Source of the DNA: Hellea sp.
Lineage (GTDB): Bacteria; Pseudomonadota; Alphaproteobacteria; Caulobacterales; Maricaulaceae
Reading direction: 5' to 3'
Length of the DNA: 35,677 bases
Assembly: GCA_020628635.1 (NCBI GenBank)
Contig: JAHDEU010000001.1
Span: 1-35,677, forward strand
Position numbers and translations under genes: made by a program
Notes under the pieces: generated by a model
Seen by the model: only the letters and a program-made list of their open reading frames with translations
Database searches by the model: none
Told to the model about the DNA's origin: nothing
Part shown: positions 10,124 to 17,581 of the stretch, one piece after another
How the letters are laid out: each line of letters starts with the position of its first letter
Position numbering within the stretch: position 1 is the first letter of the stretch

Positions 10124-11610
10124 CGGAAGATCTCCACATATTCGCGTAAGGGTCCATTGTTGGCACCCGGCTCCAGCACATCGACCACTTCCAGATAGAC
10201 GGCAAAGTTGTTGTTGCCGCTGGAGGTCGGCTCACCGGCCGGTTCCGTCATGAAAGCGCGCACGAAGGCTTCCGCCGGCACGCCCGTCTCATTGCCGCGC
10301 ACATTATGCTCAACACAGTTCATGACGGCGAAATTGATCAGCCGGCGTTCCGGCGTGGGCGTGCCGCTGCCCGAATAGCAGACCGGCGCCCCGTTCTCTG
10401 CCGATCCGGTGGTGGAAGGACCCGGAATGTTTCCGCTGGCAGAGTTTTCCAGTTCGTAGATGGAATAGCGCGACACGGTCGCGGCGCTCGTGCATCCCGA
10501 GGGATAGGGATCAGAAGGGTGATTGACATCCCAATAGCTCTCGCAATCCCACTCGCTGTTGCCGAAGCGAACGTCGTTGTCGGGCGCGACCATGTTGGAA
10601 TCGCGCGGCATGCCGAGCGCCGTCGGCGCGCCAGGCGCGCTGAAATTGCCATTGCAGAGCTGGGTGGTGGTGCTCTGGCCGCCCCCGCCATTGCCGCCCC
10701 CGCCATTGCCGGGTGGGTTCCCGATATAGCCTTTGGTCACGTTGGAAGCGGGCGGGTAGTCCGGGTCGTTGGCCGCATTCTGGAAGTGCGGCCCGCCATA
10801 CATGTCGAACCGCGTGTTCAGCGCATTGCGGATGGACGCGACCTGGCCCGGACGGGTGTTCAATCGGGTCGAGAAACACTTGTCCGCGCCGTCCACGGCC
10901 GCAAGCATATGCGCCAGTGCCGGGGCGCTCTGCCCCTCGTCCGGGGTGTCGAGCAGGCCGAAATTGCCCGGTGCCCATTGCGAATTGGCGCCGGTCATCC
11001 GGACCATGATCTGCGTGCCGGTCCAGTCCTGCACGTTGAAAGGCGCGCCGGTATTGCCGTCTCGCTCCGCCGGATTGCAGATGGCCAGCGGGGTGACGCG
11101 GCAGATCTGCGCCTCCTGGCCGGCCACGGCCGTCGCCGTCATCTGCCGGGTCTTGGTGATGCCCGGCAGGGGCAGGAAGAGATTGGTGTGGGCGACCGGT
11201 GCCGTGACGACCTCGACGAACTCCGACAACCGGTCGTCGTCCGTCGTCGCGCCAAGCGGATCGTCGTCGGACGCGGGCAGTGTCGGGTAGAAATTTATGC
11301 TCTCGATGCTGACCGCCGGGTCCGAACCCGACGTACCGTGAGTGTTGCTCACCAGGGCCGTGCCGGACGCTGCGGCCGTGGCCCGCGCCTGCGCACCGGG
11401 ATTGCCGTCCAGCTGAGTCGCCGCGGCGAGCGCGGCGGCATCGGCGGCGTCCTGCAATTCGGAATGCAAGGACTGGACCCGCGCGAAATCGATGGCGAAG
11501 CCCACCATTGCGATCAGCACGGTCATGCCGACAGACACATAGACCAGCACCGCGCCTTCGCGGTCCTTGCGAAAGCGTTTGACCAGGTTCGGTATGTTGC
11601 GCGCCCCCAT
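10120..11610 (-). CDS. tadG: TadG-like large minor pilin / tip protein
   Basis: RFRKDREG|AVLVY, GFAIDFAR, LQDAADAAALAAA (Tad N-terminal domain); large Cys-containing C-terminal region. Confidence 0.85.
   Translation of the reverse strand: MGARNIPNLVKRFRKDREGAVLVYVSVGMTVLIAMVGFAIDFARVQSLHSELQDAADAAALAAATQLDGNPGAQARATAAASGTALVSNTHGTSGSDPAVSIESINFYPTLPASDDDPLGATTDDDRLSEFVEVVTAPVAHTNLFLPLPGITKTRQMTATAVAGQEAQICRVTPLAICNPAERDGNTGAPFNVQDWTGTQIMVRMTGANSQWAPGNFGLLDTPDEGQSAPALAHMLAAVDGADKCFSTRLNTRPGQVASIRNALNTRFDMYGGPHFQNAANDPDYPPASNVTKGYIGNPPGNGGGGNGGGGQSTTTQLCNGNFSAPGAPTALGMPRDSNMVAPDNDVRFGNSEWDCESYWDVNHPSDPYPSGCTSAATVSRYSIYELENSASGNIPGPSTTGSAENGAPVCYSGSGTPTPERRLINFAVMNCVEHNVRGNETGVPAEAFVRAFMTEPAGEPTSSGNNNFAVYLEVVDVLEPGANNGPLREYVEIFR
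10681..10710. repeat. Perfect 15-bp tandem duplication (GCCCCCGCCATTGCC x2)
   Basis: Read directly; encodes GNGGG-GNGGG within tadG. Confidence 0.85.
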
Positions 11611-11615
11611 GTGTC

Positions 11616-11888
11616 TCAGTCCTCGACAGAGATGCTGGTCTTGGGCGGTGTCGGGTCCTTCACCTCTCCGTCGAGATAGCGCTGGATCGCGGCCGCCGCG
11701 ACCTCGGGCGTCACGCTGGGCGCGCCGACCGCCGGGTTCGGATCGACGATCTGCTTGGCATAGGCCTCCTGCAGGGCGCGGCCGGTATTGGGCGACAGAT
11801 AGCCCTCATTGGTGGCGCAGGCGCCGAGCAAAAGCCCAGCGGCAGCGGTCAAGGCAACCCAAGCGGTGCGTGTGTTCGACTGTCTCAT
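11616..11888 (-). CDS. Small Tad-associated lipoprotein (possible secretin partner)
   Basis: Lipobox LGAC; 90 aa; 4-bp overlap with the cpaC stop; AIQRYLDGEV motif recalled from small tad lipoproteins. Confidence 0.75.
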   Translation of the reverse strand: MRQSNTRTAWVALTAAAGLLLGACATNEGYLSPNTGRALQEAYAKQIVDPNPAVGAPSVTPEVAAAAIQRYLDGEVKDPTPPKTSISVED

Positions 11889-13264
11889 GGCGTGCGCCCC
11901 CGCTCTACAATGCCGCCCAGGAACAAGTCGGCGTCGGATGGCCGGTTGGCGAAGTCGTTGGGCAGGACGTAATCGGACCCTTCATAGGGCTCGACGAAAA
12001 ATGGTGTGATGATGATCATGAGCTCGGTCTCGCGCCGGGCGTAGCCGGGAGAGCGAGCGAGCGCGCCGAGGATCGGGATGCTGCTGATGCCGGGAATACC
12101 CTGCAGCTCGGATTCGAACCGGTCCTGCAACAGGCCGGCGATAACGAAGCTCTGGCCGTTCTTCAGTTCCACCGTGGTGGAGGCCCGGCGCGTGATCAGT
12201 GCGGGCACGGTGATGAAGTTCAGCACGATGCCGTTGTTGGGGTCGAGCGAGCTGACCTCCGGCTCCACCTTCATGCTGATCTTGTCGCCGATGATAGTCG
12301 GCGTGTAGGCCAGCTTGACGCCGAATTCCTTGAATTCGATGCGGATGCGGCTGCCCCCGTTCTGCGTGTCCTCGCCGACCGGGATCGGAAACTCCCCGCC
12401 CGCCAGGAAGTAGGCCGTTTCGCCGTTCATGGCGACGAGATTGGGTTCGGCGAGCGTGGTGATCAGCCCCTGTTCCTCGAGAGCGTCGTAAAAGACGTCG
12501 ATATTGAAGTCGCCCAGTTCAAAGGTCGCGAGGCCGTTGACGAAGGACTCGATGTCGAGGACTCCGGATTGAAGGCTCAGCAGGTGGTCGCCATCCGGGA
12601 CGGCGCCGGAGTTGGGATAGCGCGCGCCGCTCGACAGGTTCATCCGCTTGGACACGCTGCGTTCGACTTCCGCGATCCTGACCTGCAGCATGACCTGGCG
12701 GCTGGCGCCCGTGTCCACGGCGTTCATCACGGATTGGACGCCGTGCTGTTCGGCCAGTTGGCGCGCCATGTTGGCGATGGCCGGAGAGCTCGCCGAGCCG
12801 GACAGCACGACCGAGTCGCCATTGCTGCGAACCTCGATGTTCTCATTGGGGGCGAGATCGTACAGGCTCTTCTTCAGGGCCGCGAGATCGTGATCGACAT
12901 TGACCTTGAAGACGCCGCGCAACCGCTTTCCCGCATCGAACAGTGTCAGCGTGGTCATGCCGGTCTTCTTGCCGAGCACATAAAGGCTCTGGTCGCTCAT
13001 CGGCACGAGGTCGGCCACGTCGGGGTCGGCGATCAGCGAATGCGCGATCGGCGCGTCGAAATGCAGAACCTGCGACTGGCCGGCGGCGATGGAGACATTC
13101 CCCGATACCGGCTGGCCGGTGGGAGAGAGCCGTATGCGCTCGCTGAGCGACGGGTCGTCCATCGTCGTCACCTGCGCCTGGACCGGCAGAACGGCCGTGC
13201 CCAGCAGCGCTGCGGTCGCGATCGCCAGGTTTCGAAATCTTCGCCTGTCATGAACCTTGAACAT
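11885..13264 (-). CDS. cpaC: Tad secretin CpaC/RcpA
   Basis: IADPDVADLV, GKKTGMTTL, BON-like segment, QVMLQVRIAEV, LAEPNLVAMNGETAYFLAGGEFPIP, ETELMIIITP. Start moved to ATG 13264 (AGGGGG RBS and signal peptide). Confidence 0.94.
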   Translation of the reverse strand: MFKVHDRRRFRNLAIATAALLGTAVLPVQAQVTTMDDPSLSERIRLSPTGQPVSGNVSIAAGQSQVLHFDAPIAHSLIADPDVADLVPMSDQSLYVLGKKTGMTTLTLFDAGKRLRGVFKVNVDHDLAALKKSLYDLAPNENIEVRSNGDSVVLSGSASSPAIANMARQLAEQHGVQSVMNAVDTGASRQVMLQVRIAEVERSVSKRMNLSSGARYPNSGAVPDGDHLLSLQSGVLDIESFVNGLATFELGDFNIDVFYDALEEQGLITTLAEPNLVAMNGETAYFLAGGEFPIPVGEDTQNGGSRIRIEFKEFGVKLAYTPTIIGDKISMKVEPEVSSLDPNNGIVLNFITVPALITRRASTTVELKNGQSFVIAGLLQDRFESELQGIPGISSIPILGALARSPGYARRETELMIIITPFFVEPYEGSDYVLPNDFANRPSDADLFLGGIVERGRTP

Positions 13265-13333
13265 AATGCCCCCTGTGGTGTTGCCGCATCTGGCCGCCAT
13301 TTGCCCGGGCGGCTGATGCCAGATGATGTGGTG

Positions 13334-14356
13334 TTACGGATTCGGCGCAGGCCCGCTGAGCAGCACCGCCGTCGTTCCGACGGAGCTGCGTACGCCGCCC
13401 GCCAGTCTCTCCGTCCCATCGGCTGCGATGGTGGCTTCGCGCACGACTTCGCTTTCGGATGTCTCCACCCCGCGTGTGATGCGCATGGTCGCATTCGGGT
13501 CGGGCTTCGGCGCAGCCGCGACACGGGTGCGTCGGCTCACCGGACGGTAGCGGCGCGGCGAGATCTGCGGCGTTTCCTCCAGCTTTTCGCCAAGGCGGTT
13601 GTCGTTCACCAGATCGGCGATCTCGATGGTGTCGCTATTGGCGTCGATGACGCTGCCGCGCGCCACCATGGGACGCAGCAACAGGTCGAGCTCGCCCACA
13701 CGCGACGCCAGGGAAATCTTCTGGGCCTGCTCGGTGGAGACTTCCAGCGTGGCCGCCTTGGCCACCACGGCGCCTTCCGTGCTCTCGTCCGCGATCTGGT
13801 CCACGGCCAGCACTCTCACATCCCGCACGAGCAGTTTGGATTCGGCGATGCGCGCTTCGTTTGCGCGGTTGCGCTCGTCGCGGGTGTAGACGACGTCCAC
13901 GCGGTCGCCCGGCAGGACGAAGCCCGCCACACCGGTAACGTCCGTCACGCTCACGGCAACGGCGCGCATGTCGGGGTCCACCACTTGCGACAGGGTCGCG
14001 CGGTAGCCGAATCCGGAGATCTTGTTCTGGACGACGGGTTCGTTCTTGGCGATGGACCGGATCGCGACCCGGCGGGTGCCCAACATGACTTCGGAGATTT
14101 CCGAAAAGGAATTCTCGGGACGGACGTCCTCGCCTTCCGGCCAGGGGACTTCGCGTAGCATTTCCGCCGTGATCTCATCCCCGAAGTTGAGCGGTCCGGC
14201 CGCCACAACGAGCGTGCCGACCTCCTGCTCTGGCGCTTCCAGCGCTGCGACCGCAGGCTTCACTCGCTGGGAGTTGATGTAGGAGCGGGTCATCAGAACG
14301 CTGATCGCGCCCAGGATGATGGCACCCACAAAGATCAGGATGGAAATATTACGCAT
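13334..14356 (-). CDS. cpaB: Flp pilus assembly protein CpaB/RcpC
   Basis: SAF-like LVVAAGPL, MRAVAVSV, GVAGFVLPGDRVDVV, VRVLAVDQ. Confidence 0.94.
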   Translation of the reverse strand: MRNISILIFVGAIILGAISVLMTRSYINSQRVKPAVAALEAPEQEVGTLVVAAGPLNFGDEITAEMLREVPWPEGEDVRPENSFSEISEVMLGTRRVAIRSIAKNEPVVQNKISGFGYRATLSQVVDPDMRAVAVSVTDVTGVAGFVLPGDRVDVVYTRDERNRANEARIAESKLLVRDVRVLAVDQIADESTEGAVVAKAATLEVSTEQAQKISLASRVGELDLLLRPMVARGSVIDANSDTIEIADLVNDNRLGEKLEETPQISPRRYRPVSRRTRVAAAPKPDPNATMRITRGVETSESEVVREATIAADGTERLAGGVRSSVGTTAVLLSGPAPNP

Positions 14357-14395
14357 GACGACGCCCCGCTGTCATTGCTGAATATGAATTGGGAT

Positions 14396-14420
14396 GGGAG
14401 CCGGGACGATCCCGGCTCCC
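14396..14420 (-). terminator. Perfect GC-rich hairpin downstream of pilin (attenuator or mRNA stabiliser)
   Basis: GGGAGCCGGGA-CGA-TCCCGGCTCCC, 11-bp stem, 10 nt after the pilin stop; no clear U tract. Confidence 0.7.
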
Positions 14421-14430
14421 GTAGTGAGGA

Positions 14431-14616
14431 CTAGGTCCAGTTGGTGTTGAGGTCGCCCCAAGCGCCGGTGACCTTGCCGCCGACCAGAACGATCGTGGCG
14501 ATCACGGCCGCCGTGATGAGGCCGATCAGGATCGAATACTCGATCAGCGATGCGCCTTCGACGTTCTTGCGGATGTCGTTGGCCAGGATCTGGCCCTTGG
14601 TGATAAGTTTCAGCAT
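14431..14616 (-). CDS. pilA: Flp/PilA type IVc major pilin
   Basis: 61 aa; G|ASLIEYSILIGLI Flp motif; strong RBS (GAAGGAG). Confidence 0.95.
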   Translation of the reverse strand: MLKLITKGQILANDIRKNVEGASLIEYSILIGLITAAVIATIVLVGGKVTGAWGDLNTNWT

Positions 14617-14712
14617 GTCTAACTCCTTCAGTTTTTAAGCTGCGGGAATCAGGGAAAGTCCTCGGTGATGGAGAATGCACCCCCCTGCGCCCATGAACCG
14701 TTTGGTTCGGGA

Positions 14713-14729
14713 GTTAACCTGCTCTTAAC
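14713..14729. promoter_or_regulatory. Perfect CtrA box upstream of pilin
   Basis: GTTAA-CCTGCTC-TTAAC matches TTAA-N7-TTAAC on both strands. CtrA control of pilA is established in Caulobacter. Confidence 0.85.
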
Positions 14730-14772
14730 GATTTGCGTGATGCAAGGCCGATTTTGGCGACGGAGCCCGAAC

Positions 14773-14788
14773 TACATATGGCTGTATG
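14773..14788 (+). promoter_or_regulatory. Shared 16-bp operator-like box, copy 2
   Basis: TACATATGGCTGTATG, 43 bp from the CtrA box. Confidence 0.6.
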
Positions 14789-14814
14789 GGCGCAGCCGAA
14801 TCTTTCGCGTTTTG

Positions 14815-14822
14815 TTAACCAT
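14815..14822 (+). promoter_or_regulatory. CtrA half-site TTAACCAT
   Basis: Exact TTAACCAT in the pilin upstream region. Confidence 0.5.
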
Positions 14823-14919
14823 GACCCCGATGGAGCCGGCCGAATCTGGAACGTTCGAGATGTGCCGAAAGGACGGTTTCGTGACGACGAAACGGCTGAA
14901 GCACCCGGGGCCAGACCCT

Positions 14920-15225
14920 TTAGATCAGCCGCGCACGGGTCTGAATCACGATCACTCCGATGACCACGGACAGCGTCATCGGCGCGGCGATGATGTTGGC
15001 CAGCGGCGTCATCGCGTCCTCTTGCAGCCACCCGATATTGGTCGCAACACCCAGGCCGACGCCGAGACCCACGGCCATCAAAATCGCAAGGGCCACGCTG
15101 CGCCATGACACCGCCCAGAAGAAAGACACATAGGCCACTACGCCGCGGACGATCCTGCCCGCCGTCATGACGGACAGATCGTGCAAGGAAGAAGTGTCGT
15201 GACGTGTCGTGGCATTGAGGGTCAT
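14920..15225 (-). CDS. Small hypothetical membrane protein (about 2 TM helices)
   Basis: Two hydrophobic stretches, host-like codon usage; start uncertain (15225 or 15168). Confidence 0.6.
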   Translation of the reverse strand: MTLNATTRHDTSSLHDLSVMTAGRIVRGVVAYVSFFWAVSWRSVALAILMAVGLGVGLGVATNIGWLQEDAMTPLANIIAAPMTLSVVIGVIVIQTRARLI

Positions 15226-15348
15226 GGATGAGAGGATAGCGCTTTGTCATTAATATAGACCTAAAGGAACGATAGGTTCCATCAGTGTGACATCTCTTCC
15301 GCGTCACCTTCCCGTTTTCCATTTGTTAAAGACATGAGCCCGTCGAAC

Positions 15349-15364
15349 TACATACAGTTGTGTG
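15349..15364 (+). promoter_or_regulatory. Shared 16-bp operator-like box, copy 3
   Basis: TACATACAGTTGTGTG (12/16 to copy 2); preceded by CGAAC as in copy 2; 55 bp before TTAAC at 15420-15424. Confidence 0.5.
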
Positions 15365-15618
15365 CCGGTCAGTCAGGACAGGACCGGTCGGAGCGTTAAA
15401 TTAAAATAACTCTGATTCTTTAACATACTGTTTTATAGAGTTTATTTATATAAACCGATTCACTTTCGACTCAATTTTATTGTGTAGCCCGTCTGGATTT
15501 GCTATTCAGAAAGCATCAACGGGGGCGCTTTCCCGTTAAGTTGGCTCAGCACGTCCTCGGCGCGAGGTCGCTCTGCAGACCTGGCTTGACGGTAAGGTCC
15601 CGAAGCAGGGGCTGGGCG

Positions 15619-17577
15619 ATGTCGAATTTCATCCACACAACGTCCGCAGGGAAACCTGCGCTCGACTTGTCTTTGCATGTCGTTCGGATTGGCGGACGAA
15701 CCGCATTCGGTTTGCGCGCCAGTCTGGTGACGTCGGCCATGTGTCTGGTCGCGCTGCCATGTGCAGCCATGGACATGCAAACGGCGCTGGAAACGGCGAT
15801 GGCAACCAATCCCGAGATCGCGGAAGCGGCCGCCAATCGCCGCGCCATAGACTTCGAATACGAGCAGGCCCGCTATCTCAACCGGCCCAGCCTGCTACTC
15901 GACGCGCGGATCGGGCCGGAGCTTGTCGACAGCCGAACCACGCGCGTGCTTGGAACGGACGACCGCGCGTTGTTCGGTCGCCAGGCGTCTGCCACCTTGC
16001 AGCAGAACCTGTTTTCCTTCGGCCGCCACGATGCCGAGCAGGATCGGCAGGCAGCCCGCGTCGATGCGGCGGCCATGCGCGTCGAGGAGCGCTCAGAATT
16101 CGTCGCACTGGACGTCATCCAGGCCTATCTCGACATCTCCCGCATTCGGGACGTTCTCGCCGTGTCGGACGAGAACGTCGCGTTCAACCAGGCCAAGGTG
16201 GACCAGCTCGGCCGCGGCGTCAGCGCCGGCGTGACCGGCTCCGCCGACGCCCGGCAGGCCGAGGAGCGCCTCAGCGCCGCGCTGGTCGTGCGGTCCGAGA
16301 CCGAGGAGGCGCTGGATTTCGCCGAAGCCAGTTTCATGCGACTGGTCGGCCAGCCAATAGGGCAGACGCAAATGCCCCGCTCCATAGCCGGGCAGGTTCC
16401 CCAGTCCTTGCAGGACGCCCTCGCGCAGGCGCGCCGCAACAACCCCACGCTTCGCATCGCCCACAGTGACCTGGACACGTCGCGGGCCAACTACCGCAAG
16501 GCCAAGGCCGAGTTGAAACCGGAGATCCTGTTTGAGCTGGTCGGTCGCGCCGGTGAGGATATCGGCGGGTTCGAGGACAACAACAACGACGTGCGGGCCC
16601 AGCTCAGATTCCGCCATGAATTCCGTGGGGGCATCAAGTCCGCGGCCGTGCAGGAGCAGCTCAACCGCGTCGACGAGGCACGCGCGAGGATCATGAGCCT
16701 GGAGCGCAATGTGGACCAGGTGGTTCGCGAAGCGTGGTCCACCCGCACCCGAACCCGCGCGCGCGTCGCCAATCTGGAGCGCCAAGTCGCGCAAGGAACG
16801 GAACTGCTCGACAGCTATCAACGCGAGTTCGCCGTCAACCGCCGGACATTGCTCGATATCCTCGATGCCGAGAACTCGCTGTTCCAGGCGAAGTCGGCCC
16901 TCGCCACGGCGCGCTATTCGGACATTTTCGCACAGTATAGGTTGCTGGCCGCAACGGGCTCGCTTCTCGACACATTGGGACTGCAGCCTCTGCGCGAAGC
17001 CTCCACCGGTCTCCGAGAGTTGGAGAAGGTCCCGCCGACGCCACCGGCCGATACAGAACCGCGCCGCTATCCCGATCACATGGACGATGTCGATGGAGCC
17101 GCCGCGGCCAGCCTCGCTGCCGCGCCCGCGCCGATGTCGGAGTCCGATTTCGCGGCAGTGGACGTCGTTCCCGTCATCCGGCAGTCGCCGAGCCCTGCGC
17201 AAGCTCTCTCGGCCATGGCCGCCATCGACGCCTATGTCGATGATGCCGTCGGCATCCAGCCTCTTCCGGCCGCGCCCGTTCGGATCGCGTCGGTGGACGG
17301 CGCCCTGCCTGTCGACAGCGCTGCCGTGGAGAGTATCGCCGCAGTCACGCACACCGAAACGCCCGCGCCAGTGCGGGTCAAATCGACCGTTGCCGAGCCT
17401 GTTGCGGAACTGGCACCAGCTCCCAACGTGCCGATGACGCGCGCTCCCGAAGGTGGAATGCTGGTCCAGAGCATTTCGGCTGCGGATTTCGCCCTGATAA
17501 AGGAAAATCCGAAGGCAACCCTCCTGCCGGACGGCAACAGCCTCGTCCTCGACCACACGATCTATCTGAAGCGCTGA
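15619..17577 (+). CDS. TolC-family outer-membrane T1SS channel (LapE/AggA-like) with C-terminal extension
   Basis: Signal peptide then ALETAMATNPEI, NNPTLRIA, RRTLLDILDAENSLF, YRLLAATGSLL. Start taken at ATG 15619 rather than TTG 15499. Confidence 0.9.
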   Translation: MSNFIHTTSAGKPALDLSLHVVRIGGRTAFGLRASLVTSAMCLVALPCAAMDMQTALETAMATNPEIAEAAANRRAIDFEYEQARYLNRPSLLLDARIGPELVDSRTTRVLGTDDRALFGRQASATLQQNLFSFGRHDAEQDRQAARVDAAAMRVEERSEFVALDVIQAYLDISRIRDVLAVSDENVAFNQAKVDQLGRGVSAGVTGSADARQAEERLSAALVVRSETEEALDFAEASFMRLVGQPIGQTQMPRSIAGQVPQSLQDALAQARRNNPTLRIAHSDLDTSRANYRKAKAELKPEILFELVGRAGEDIGGFEDNNNDVRAQLRFRHEFRGGIKSAAVQEQLNRVDEARARIMSLERNVDQVVREAWSTRTRTRARVANLERQVAQGTELLDSYQREFAVNRRTLLDILDAENSLFQAKSALATARYSDIFAQYRLLAATGSLLDTLGLQPLREASTGLRELEKVPPTPPADTEPRRYPDHMDDVDGAAAASLAAAPAPMSESDFAAVDVVPVIRQSPSPAQALSAMAAIDAYVDDAVGIQPLPAAPVRIASVDGALPVDSAAVESIAAVTHTETPAPVRVKSTVAEPVAELAPAPNVPMTRAPEGGMLVQSISAADFALIKENPKATLLPDGNSLVLDHTIYLKR

Positions 17578-17581
17578 CCGG

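Noticed and set aside
11567-14158. 863-aa plus-strand ORF (also 10306..11679, 4073..5335, 6658..7683)
   Set aside because: Antisense to well-supported tad genes; long stop-free shadows are expected at this GC content and show no motifs.
15422-15437. Possible fourth copy of the shared box (AACATACTGTTTTATA)
   Set aside because: Two mismatches to the degenerate pattern within an AT-rich tract, so it could be chance.
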